Assembly (NCBI GenBank): GCA_947488215.1
Contig: CANLBD010000001.1
Span: 1-54,243 of the forward strand
Length of the DNA: 54,243 nt
Origin: Myxococcales bacterium
GTDB lineage: Bacteria > Myxococcota_A > Bradymonadia > UBA7976 > UBA1532
Reading direction: 5' to 3'
Positions 1-7,521 of the stretch are shown in pieces. The notes under the pieces were generated by a model that was not told where the DNA came from, did not search any database, and worked only from the letters and a program-made list of their open reading frames with translations. Numbering within the stretch: the first letter of the stretch is position 1; each line of letters begins with the position of its first letter. The translations under genes and the position numbers were made by a program.

Positions 1-431
1 ATCCCGACGACCCCGAGCGCGTGAAAACGCTGCTCGCCCGGTGCCCCCGCCGGCGCCAGCGGGAGCTCGTGGCCGATCTGTCCAATCGTGCCGTCGATCT
101 TCTGACCGAGGAGCGCGACCTCGGCGCGCGCTTCGGCGATCGTCTTGCCCATCTCCAGCGTGATGGCCTGCGCGAGCCCCTCGGCGTGCCGCGGCAGCGC
201 CGCTTGCAGTCGCCTCAAAACCGCCGCGCGCCCCTCGAGGCCCAGGCGACGCCATGCGGGCGCCGCAGCTTGCGCCGCAGCCACCGCCGGCTCAATCGCC
301 GCGGCGTCCGCGCGCGCCTCGAAGACCGTGGCGTGGTCCGCTGCGGGGTTCCGGGAGACGAACGGCCTCGCGGTCGCAGAAGGGTCGACGAAGCCACCGC
401 CGATGAAGTGTCCGAGGAACGGTTCGGTCAT
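1..431 (-). CDS. aldehyde dehydrogenase family protein, N-terminal part (gene runs off the left edge)
   Basis: Absent from the ORF track because no stop lies in the window. Reverse-strand translation from ATG 431..429 gives MTEPFLGHFIGGGFVDPSATARPFVSRNPAADHATVFEARADAAAIEPAVAAAQAAAPAWRRLGLEGRAAVLRRLQAALPRHAEGLAQAITLEMGKTIAEARAEV... This is a typical ALDH N-terminus (NPA, W..L....R, E.GK...EA..EV). The start overlaps the upstream stop as ATGA. Confidence 0.75.
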   Translation of the reverse strand, partial: MTEPFLGHFIGGGFVDPSATARPFVSRNPAADHATVFEARADAAAIEPAVAAAQAAAPAWRRLGLEGRAAVLRRLQAALPRHAEGLAQAITLEMGKTIAEARAEVALLGQKIDGTIGQIGHELPLAPAGAPGEQRFHALGVVG

Positions 432-1225
432 GCGCCTGCTCTCTTCGGACTCGTTCCGAGGCGGGTCATGACCTTCTTCAGGTCGTCCCACACCCAACGC
501 TTCAAGTCCGCGTTTTGAATCAGCATTTCTGGGTTGAACGTTGGCATCAGCTCCACGTCCCGCAGACTCGGGACGCGCTGCCATTGCCCGCGCAGATGAC
601 GAATCCCGGCCTGCGTGCTGAGCAGCGCACGGGTCGGGAGGGCGCCGAGCGCAACGATGACCTCTGGACCGACGGCGGCGAGCTCCTCGACGACGAAGGG
701 CGCACACGTCGCGACCTCATCGCCCGCTGGCGCGCGCTCTGGGTGGGGGCGACAGCGCATGAGCGCGGTCATCCAGACTTGGTCGGGCGAGAGCCCCATC
801 GCGCGGACCATGCGCCCAAGGAGGACCGCGGCCTCTCCACCTTCGACCAGCGGAAAGTCCGAAACGAACGCGAGGCGCGCGCTCACGTCGCCATGACCGT
901 TTTGGAGTCGGGCGCGGGTCGCCGACAGCGGACAGCGCACGCACCCGTCGAGCCGCGCGTGCAGCGATGCGAGCGCCGCGCGCTGCGTGTCCGGGTCGCG
1001 CTGCGCGCGGGCGACGGGGGCAGGCGGCGTATCAAATCGCTGCGCTGGCTGAACGGGCCGCGGAGGCGCAGGGTCGGGCGCGCGCTCAGGCGGCGGCTCT
1101 GCCGACCACTCGAAACCATCAGGGACGCCGAGCGACCCTTCGCCCCCCTCAAGGTGCCATCGGAGCGCACCGCGCGCAGCGGCGACCCATGCGAGCAGCT
1201 CGGCGTGCGCTTCAGCCACGCTCAT
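428..1225 (-). CDS. uracil-DNA glycosylase superfamily protein, family-4-like Fe-S type with altered signature motifs
   Basis: The C-terminal 170 aa align by eye to family-4 UDG: CVRC, MRCRP and TCAPF cysteines, ALGALPTRALL, LRGQW. An N-terminal Pro-rich extension of about 90 aa is present. The GE(A/G)PG motif reads SDFPL and the HP motif reads FNPEML. ATGA overlaps at both ends. Confidence 0.75.
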   Translation of the reverse strand: MSVAEAHAELLAWVAAARGALRWHLEGGEGSLGVPDGFEWSAEPPPERAPDPAPPRPVQPAQRFDTPPAPVARAQRDPDTQRAALASLHARLDGCVRCPLSATRARLQNGHGDVSARLAFVSDFPLVEGGEAAVLLGRMVRAMGLSPDQVWMTALMRCRPHPERAPAGDEVATCAPFVVEELAAVGPEVIVALGALPTRALLSTQAGIRHLRGQWQRVPSLRDVELMPTFNPEMLIQNADLKRWVWDDLKKVMTRLGTSPKRAGA

Positions 1226-1944
1226 GGTGCCCCCTCAAGCCGACGCGCGAGCCATTCGACCAGGGCGTCCGCGACCGCACGCTTCGAGCGCATCGAGAGC
1301 TCGGTCACGCCGCTCGCCTCGACAAACCAGACATGGTTGGTGTCCGAGCCGAACCCAGCGCCCTCGGCGGTGATGTCATTCGCCACGACGAGATCGACGC
1401 GCTTCGAGCGGAGTTTGTCGCGCGCATATTCCACCGGGTGTCCCGACTCCGCCGCGAAGCCGACGAGAATGGGTCGGGCGGCGTCGCCACGCGCAGCCCC
1501 CAAGCCTGCGAGGATGTCGGGATTCCGAACGAGGGTCAGCGTGTGAGCCGCGTCCGCCTTCTTGACCTTGTGCGTCGAGACCTCGGCGGGGCGAAAGTCG
1601 GCCACTGCGGCCGACATCACCACGGCGTCGGGCGGCGCGGACTGCAGGCAAGCGGCGACGGCGGCCTGCATCTCCAGCGCGGTCGTCACGCCCACAGTGT
1701 CCACGCCCAGGGGCGGCGTGAGCGATACGGGGCCGTGTACCAAGGTGACCCGCGCCCCCGCTTCGACACACGCCGCCGCGATGGCGAACCCTGCCTTGCC
1801 CGTGGAGGCGTTCGACAAGAACCGCGCCGGGTCGAGCGGCTCTCGCGTCGGACCCGCCGTCACGAGCACGTGCCGCCCGCTCAGCGCGCTCCCGTGCGCG
1901 TCGCGCCGCACGCGGGCTCCCATCGACGGTGAGGCAGGGTTCAT
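1222..1944 (-). CDS. coaB: phosphopantothenate--cysteine ligase, stand-alone CoaB domain
   Basis: GRHVLVTAGPTREPLDPARFLSNASTGKAGFAIAAA...SAAVADFRP...HKVKK...LTLVRNPDIL...VGFAAES...KRVDLVVANDI is the CoaB half of CoaBC. There is no room for a CoaC flavoprotein domain. Start is uncertain (ATG 1944 or 1923; the track uses TTG 1992). Confidence 0.8.
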   Translation of the reverse strand: MNPASPSMGARVRRDAHGSALSGRHVLVTAGPTREPLDPARFLSNASTGKAGFAIAAACVEAGARVTLVHGPVSLTPPLGVDTVGVTTALEMQAAVAACLQSAPPDAVVMSAAVADFRPAEVSTHKVKKADAAHTLTLVRNPDILAGLGAARGDAARPILVGFAAESGHPVEYARDKLRSKRVDLVVANDITAEGAGFGSDTNHVWFVEASGVTELSMRSKRAVADALVEWLARRLEGAP

Positions 1945-2020
1945 GCGGCGCGGAGCATACGCCGGTCGACCGTGCGCGCCAACACCCCACAATGGCCATC
2001 GGGCCGCAGTGGACGTCGTG

Positions 2021-3472
2021 TTAGTTCAGCAAATTCAAGGCGGCGCTCGGGGCCACATTCGCCTGCGCGAGGACGGCGATGCCCGCGTTCTTCAAGAACG
2101 AGTTCCGCGCCAACGCTGCGGTCTCTGCTGCAAAGTCCGCGTCGATGATCCGCGACCGAGCGGCCGAGAGATACTCCCCCTGCGCCGACAGGTTGTTGAT
2201 CGTCGATTCGAGGCGGTTCGACACTGCGCCGAACGTCGATCGATAGCGCGCGACCTGCCGCAGTGCGGAGTCCGCGACGTCGATTGCGCGGTTCGCACCC
2301 GCGCGAGAGGTCACGTCGATGGACGTCAGCGCGTTCTCGCCGTTGATGCCGAGCAACAGCGTTCCAGGGAGTCCACCGTTTAGCCCGAAGTGGTTTGCGG
2401 CGTCGGGCGTGTCGAAGATGAGCTTCACTGGCCGGTCAGACTCCAGCACGACCTTGCCGCCCGCGTTCGTCGTCCCAGCACCGGCGCTCAGCCCCGTCGT
2501 CGTCGCGGCGAGCGGCGTACTCGCCTCGATCGTGATGTTCCGGCCATCGTCCGCCGTGAGTTGAATCCCATAAGTGGCCGTCAGCTTCGCGACCACGCCC
2601 GTCTCGTCCGACCGCGCGTTGATCGCCCCGACGAGCGAGCCGTCCGCGTCCGACGACTGGACATCGAAGCCCGTGATCTCCACACCGTTGATGGAGATGA
2701 AGTCGGTGCTGTCGAGCGTGCCGGTGGTCACTGCGGTCGGACCCGTATAGGTCGTCGTCGTCGCATACGCCGTCACGCCCGTGTAGGGCGAAGAGGTCTG
2801 AACGGCGTTCGCGATCGCGATCGCGGACGACGCATTCTCCGAGGCCGAGAAGGTGTCATCGGCCGCGACGGTCTCGCGGAGGGCGATGCCGTTGATCTGC
2901 ACGGCCCCTGCGGCCAAGCTGCCGGAGACGAGCACGGCGTTGCCCTCGACGCGCACATAGCGCCCCAGCTGGCCCTTGCGCGCATCGACGGCCGCCAAGC
3001 CCACCGTTTCGCGCGGCCCCGCGCCGATCTGCAGATAGGTCGTGCCGTTGGTCCCCGCGAGCGGCTTCATGCCGTTGAACATGGTCTCGTTCGCGATGCG
3101 ACCGACCTCGTCGACGATTTGATCGATCTCCGCTTGCAATGAAGCGCGATCGTCCTCGCTGTTCGTGTCGTTCGCAGCTTGAACAGCGAGCTCCCGAATC
3201 CGAATCAATCCGGTCGACACGTCGTTGAGTCCCGCCTCAGCCGTCTGAGCGAACGAGATGCCGTCGTTCGTATTTCGCACGGCCTGTCCGAGCCCGCGAA
3301 TCCGCGTGTCGAGCCGCGTCGCGATCGAGAGCCCCGCGGCGTCGTCTCGGGCGCTGTTGATGCGATAGCCCGACGATAGGCGCTCGATCGTTCGGTCGAG
3401 CGCGACGGTACTCCGCGCGAGATTGCGCTGCGCCACGATGGACGCGCTGTTCGTGTTGACGACGAGAGACAT
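2021..3472 (-). CDS. fliC: flagellin
   Basis: N-terminus MSLVVNTNSASIVAQRNLARS...RLSSGYRINSARDDAAGLSIATRL...NTNDGISFAQTAEAGL. C-terminus TFGAVSNRLESTINNLSAQGEYLSAARSRIIDADFAAETAALARNSFL. The central region has two flagellin-IN-like motifs (VQINGIAL..., ISINGVEI...GAINARSDETGVVAKL). Confidence 0.93.
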   Translation of the reverse strand: MSLVVNTNSASIVAQRNLARSTVALDRTIERLSSGYRINSARDDAAGLSIATRLDTRIRGLGQAVRNTNDGISFAQTAEAGLNDVSTGLIRIRELAVQAANDTNSEDDRASLQAEIDQIVDEVGRIANETMFNGMKPLAGTNGTTYLQIGAGPRETVGLAAVDARKGQLGRYVRVEGNAVLVSGSLAAGAVQINGIALRETVAADDTFSASENASSAIAIANAVQTSSPYTGVTAYATTTTYTGPTAVTTGTLDSTDFISINGVEITGFDVQSSDADGSLVGAINARSDETGVVAKLTATYGIQLTADDGRNITIEASTPLAATTTGLSAGAGTTNAGGKVVLESDRPVKLIFDTPDAANHFGLNGGLPGTLLLGINGENALTSIDVTSRAGANRAIDVADSALRQVARYRSTFGAVSNRLESTINNLSAQGEYLSAARSRIIDADFAAETAALARNSFLKNAGIAVLAQANVAPSAALNLLN

Positions 3473-3587
3473 GGGCCAAACCCGAGCGCGTGGTCAGCGC
3501 GCGAATGGGTCTTCATGACGGTGGGCCCGAGCGTCTCCGTGACGAACAGGGGCGTGGACGACCTCGTCGGTCCAGCGCGTACTCAAA

Positions 3588-3614
3588 CTTATCCGGCGAG
3601 AAGCGCGCTTTCAA
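3588..3614 (-). promoter_or_regulatory. weak candidate sigma-28-type promoter upstream of flagellin
   Basis: The minus strand reads TGAAAG-N11-CCGGATAA about 115 nt upstream of the flagellin ATG, versus consensus TAAAG...GCCGATAA. The spacing is shorter than consensus and the match is partial. Confidence 0.2.
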
Positions 3615-3619
3615 GGCCC

Positions 3620-4252
3620 TTAGTCGTTGGCGCTGTCGCTGAGCGCGCGCTGCAGCTTGCTGCCGTCGATGTGCGGCAGTTGAAATGGCGCCCCCAGGGG
3701 GCTCAGCTCCATCAGCGCAAGCGCGACATAGGCCGACAGCCCCCACAAGACCTCGCCGTCCCAGGGGAAGTAGTAGACCGGCCAGCCCCGCCCCGCGCTG
3801 TCCATGTGTTTAACGGTCCACTTCGCGGGGTCGCGCATGGCCTCAAGCGGGACCTCGAAGACCCGCGCGACCTCGCGGGGGTCCACGCGCAGCGGAGGCA
3901 ACGCGCGCACCCACGCGACCACAGGCGTCACGGCCATGCTGAAGTTGACCGTCGGCATATCGTCGAGCAGCCCTACGACGTCACACGCCGCGGCAGGCAG
4001 GCCCACCTCTTCGAACGCTTCCCGGAGAGCCGCGGCCTCGATGGACGCGTCATCGGCCTGAACGCCTCCGCCCGGGAACGCAACGTGTCCCTTGTGGGTC
4101 GGCAGGTCCTCTGTGCGGCGCGTCAACAAGAGGCGCAGCGGCCCCCCATCGTCGATGACCGGCACCAAGACGGCCGCCCGTCGCGGGTGCTCGAGGGCAC
4201 GCCGTGGCCGGGTCGCAAGCGCCTCGACGAGGCGCGCTCGAGCGTGCGTCAC
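3620..4252 (-). CDS. Nudix hydrolase, CoA pyrophosphatase-like
   Basis: LLLTRRTEDLPTHKGHVAFPGGGVQADDASIEAAALREAFEEVGL Nudix box with the CoA-pyrophosphatase-type upstream context. GTG start overlaps the udk stop (GTGA). Confidence 0.8.
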   Translation of the reverse strand: MTHARARLVEALATRPRRALEHPRRAAVLVPVIDDGGPLRLLLTRRTEDLPTHKGHVAFPGGGVQADDASIEAAALREAFEEVGLPAAACDVVGLLDDMPTVNFSMAVTPVVAWVRALPPLRVDPREVARVFEVPLEAMRDPAKWTVKHMDSAGRGWPVYYFPWDGEVLWGLSAYVALALMELSPLGAPFQLPHIDGSKLQRALSDSAND

Positions 4253-4878
4253 GCGCTGCCGGGCGACGAGAGGCGCCGCGTGAGAGCGTCTGACACCATG
4301 TTGATGGCCACGACGTTGCCCCCACCCCTCGGAATGACCACATCCGCATGCCGCCGCGAAGGCACGACAAACGCCATGTGCATCGGCCTCACCGTCGCCT
4401 CGTACTGCCCGAGCACGTGCTCGAGCGTGCGGCCCCGCTCCGAGATGTCCCGGCGCAGACGCCGCATGAGGCGCACGTCATCATCGGTATCGACGAAGAT
4501 TCGCACGTCCATCAGGCTACGGAGCTCTTCGTTCTCAAGCGCCAAGATGCCCTCGATCACGATCAAGTCCGCGGGGCGGACGGGGATGGACTCCGCGAGC
4601 CGCACGGACTCCTTGTAGCTGTAGATCGGCTTCGGGATCTCCTCGCCCCGCTGCAGGCGACGAACGTGGTCACACAGCAGCGCGTTGTCGAACGCCGCCG
4701 GGTGGTCAAAGTTCACCTGTCGCCGGTCCTCATGCGTCAAGTGCGAGAGGTCGTGGTAATAGGCGTCTTGGTCGAGGTACGCGACTCGGTCGGCACCAAT
4801 CTTCGCCACGATCGCGCGGGCAACCGTGGTCTTTCCCGACCCGGTCCCGCCTGCGATCCCCAGGGTCACCACCGCCAT
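4249..4878 (-). CDS. udk: uridine kinase
   Basis: MAVVTLGIAGGTGSGKTTVA P-loop, VNFDHPAAFD, IEGILAL, VDTDDDVRLMRRLRRDISERGR. The internal ATG at 4878 is chosen; the track ORF extends to 4986. Confidence 0.92.
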   Translation of the reverse strand: MAVVTLGIAGGTGSGKTTVARAIVAKIGADRVAYLDQDAYYHDLSHLTHEDRRQVNFDHPAAFDNALLCDHVRRLQRGEEIPKPIYSYKESVRLAESIPVRPADLIVIEGILALENEELRSLMDVRIFVDTDDDVRLMRRLRRDISERGRTLEHVLGQYEATVRPMHMAFVVPSRRHADVVIPRGGGNVVAINMVSDALTRRLSSPGSA

Positions 4879-5004
4879 GGTTTGGGGGTTTCCTTTGCCA
4901 CGGTGTTCATTTAGTTTCGCCGCGCTGACGCCGCAGACGGGAGGCGGGTAACACGCGATTTCCCGCACTGTCAAGGCGCCCCCCACGACCGCTGGGTGTA
5001 GAAC

Positions 5005-7518
5005 GTGACCTCAGTCCCGCAGAGCGCGGAGCTCCGCAAAGTGTTCGCCCGTGCCGACGCCTTGGCGCGAGAGGCGGAGCAGGGCCTCTCGACCGGCCAT
5101 GCGCTGATCGCGCTGTTCGCCGTCCGAAATGTGGCCGTCGAGTTCCTCAAGAGCCGCTGTATCGAGCCCATGTTGCTGCTCGACCAGGTCGAGGTCATCG
5201 CGCCTGAGCCTCCAGCGCTCATGGAGGAGGTTTTGGCGCGCGCGACCCAGTGCGCGGTCGAGAGCGGCCACGCCGAGGTCAACTGCCTGCACGTGCTGAC
5301 TGCGCTGACGTTGACCCCAAGGTCCGATGCCGCCGTTTGGCTCGGTCGCGCCGGCGTCGACCTGAATGCGCTGCGCTCGGAGTGCAAGTCCGCGCTCGCG
5401 AACGGCCTCCCCCGATTCGCTGCCACCCGCAACCAAGAGCACGAGACCCGCGACACGCTGGAGGTGGCCGCGGTGGCGGCTGAGACGGAATCGGTGACGG
5501 CCGGCCGCTTCACCACGTCTTCGTTTTCGGCTGCCGCCCCGCGAAGACCCGATGTCACGCCAAGCAACGCACGCGGTGAAGATCGACGGCAGAGGTCTGG
5601 TCGCCGCGCAACGGACCAATCGCCCCCGAAATCGGTCGAGGCGCCCGGACGCGGTCTCGGCGCGCAGGAGCGCGAGGCGATCCTGACGTCGCGGGGGGCG
5701 CGCGCCGCAGATACGGCCGCAGCAGGCCCCTACATCCTCAACGTCGAGCGGTTCCCCGTGCTCTCTGCGCTCGGTCGCAACCTGAGCCACGCCGCGTGGT
5801 CGGGAGAGCTCGATCCCGTCTTCGGGCGAGACGCCGAGATCGAGGCGTGTATCGACATCATCCACAAGCGGCGCAGCAACAACCCTTGCCTGCTGGGCGA
5901 GCCGGGCGTCGGCAAGACCGCGATCGCCGAGGGCATCGCCGCGCGGTTCGTCTCTGACGACACCGCTCGTGAGACCAAGCCGACCCGTGTCGTTGTGCAG
6001 GTCGACGTGGGCGCCATCCTCTCGGGGACGCACCTGCGCGGCGCCCTCGCGGAGCGCCTGCGCGGACTTCAGGCCGAGGTCAAGGACGCGAACGGGGCGG
6101 TCATCGTCTTCATCGACGAGCTCCACACGCTCATCGGTGCAGGCGCGGGTGACGGCGCACACGATGCAGCGAACGAGCTCAAGTCTGCGCTCGCTCGCGG
6201 GCAGTTCCCGTGCATCGGCGCGACCACGCCTGCGGAGTTCCGCGCACACATCGAGCAGGACCCCGCCCTTGAGCGCCGGTTCTCGCCGGTCTTCGTCGAC
6301 GAGCCCGATGTGCCGACAACGCTCAAGATCGTGGGTGGCGTCATCGATCGCTATGCGACACACCACGGCGTGCAATACGAGCCCGACGCCATCGACGCCG
6401 CCGTGCGGCTCGGTCGAAGGTACCTGCACGAGCGACGCGATCCCGACCGCGCTCTCGCGCTCCTCGACTTGGCGGGCAGCGTGGCGCGACGCGGTGGCGA
6501 GGGGGTCAGCCGAAGGATTGTCGCGCAGGTCATCTCCCGCGACGCGCGGGTGCCGCTCGACCACTTGCTCGTCGATGACCCGCAGCGTTTCTTGCAGGTC
6601 GAGGCGCGCCTCGCGGAGCGCATCATCGGTCAGCCCCACGCGCTCGAAGCCATCGGGACAACGATTCGCCGAAACCTCGCCGGCTTCTCTGGTCAGCGGC
6701 CGATTGGCTCGTTCCTCTTCTTGGGCCCGACGGGCGTAGGTAAGACCGAGACGGTCAAGGCCGCAGCGGAGTTTCTCTTCGGGCACAGCAACGCGCTGCT
6801 GCGCTTCGACATGAGCGAGTTCCTCGAAGCGCACGCCGTCTCGCGCCTGATCGGCGCGCCCCCCGGCTATGTCGGCCATGCCGACGGGGGGCAGCTCACC
6901 GAGGCGATCCGCAAGCGCCCCTACCAGATTGTGCTCTTCGACGAGGTCGAGAAGAGCCACCGCGAGGTCTGGAACATCCTGCTCCAAATCCTCGACGACG
7001 GCCGGCTGACGGATGGACACGGCCGCGTCGTCGACTTCACGAACACCGTCATTGTGCTCACGAGCAACCTCGGCGCCGAGGTGTTCGGCGCCTCGGACGA
7101 CCGGCGGATCGGCTTCGCGGGGGCTGCTGACGCGCCAAACACGCTCGACGAGCGCGTTCTGCAGCGAGCGCGCAGCGCCATGCCGCCCGAACTCTGGAAT
7201 CGCATCGAGACGCGCGTCGTGTTCCGACCGCTGGGCCGAGAAGACGTCCGCAAGGTGGCGCGCTTGATGCTCAGTGAGCGCGCCGCGCGCCTCGAGTCCG
7301 AGCGCGGCATCACGCTCGCGGTGGACGACGCGGCCGTCGACTGGCTGCTCGACCACGGCGGCTTCGATGGTCGCCTCGGGGCCCGCCCCATGCGGCAGAC
7401 GATCTCGCGCGCCGTTGAGTCACCGCTTGCGGAGCGCCTGCTCGCGCAAGCGTTCGTGCGCGGCGACACAGTGCGCGTGACCCGCGCCGAGGACCGGCTC
7501 AACTTCGAGAAGGTCTAG
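5005..7518 (+). CDS. ATP-dependent Clp protease ATP-binding subunit, ClpA-type (two AAA+ modules, no M-domain)
   Basis: Clp_N repeat at the N-terminus. D1 has GEPGVGKTAIAEGIA and VIVFIDELHTLIGAG. D2 has FLFLGPTGVGKTE and IVLFDEVEKSH. RIGFAG matches the ClpP-docking IGF loop. GTG start. Confidence 0.9.
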   Translation: MTSVPQSAELRKVFARADALAREAEQGLSTGHALIALFAVRNVAVEFLKSRCIEPMLLLDQVEVIAPEPPALMEEVLARATQCAVESGHAEVNCLHVLTALTLTPRSDAAVWLGRAGVDLNALRSECKSALANGLPRFAATRNQEHETRDTLEVAAVAAETESVTAGRFTTSSFSAAAPRRPDVTPSNARGEDRRQRSGRRATDQSPPKSVEAPGRGLGAQEREAILTSRGARAADTAAAGPYILNVERFPVLSALGRNLSHAAWSGELDPVFGRDAEIEACIDIIHKRRSNNPCLLGEPGVGKTAIAEGIAARFVSDDTARETKPTRVVVQVDVGAILSGTHLRGALAERLRGLQAEVKDANGAVIVFIDELHTLIGAGAGDGAHDAANELKSALARGQFPCIGATTPAEFRAHIEQDPALERRFSPVFVDEPDVPTTLKIVGGVIDRYATHHGVQYEPDAIDAAVRLGRRYLHERRDPDRALALLDLAGSVARRGGEGVSRRIVAQVISRDARVPLDHLLVDDPQRFLQVEARLAERIIGQPHALEAIGTTIRRNLAGFSGQRPIGSFLFLGPTGVGKTETVKAAAEFLFGHSNALLRFDMSEFLEAHAVSRLIGAPPGYVGHADGGQLTEAIRKRPYQIVLFDEVEKSHREVWNILLQILDDGRLTDGHGRVVDFTNTVIVLTSNLGAEVFGASDDRRIGFAGAADAPNTLDERVLQRARSAMPPELWNRIETRVVFRPLGREDVRKVARLMLSERAARLESERGITLAVDDAAVDWLLDHGGFDGRLGARPMRQTISRAVESPLAERLLAQAFVRGDTVRVTRAEDRLNFEKV

Positions 7519-7521
7519 CGC

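Noticed and set aside
21-518. 165-aa plus-strand ORF at the left edge
   Set aside because: The minus strand in this region encodes a clean aldehyde dehydrogenase N-terminus (1..431) and the end of the UDG-like gene. The plus-strand product is Arg-rich with no motif.
5011-7356. 781-aa ORF antisense to the Clp ATPase gene
   Set aside because: Arg/Ala/Glu/Leu-rich junk translation with no motifs. The opposite strand encodes a complete two-module Clp ATPase. Long antisense ORFs are expected at this GC content.
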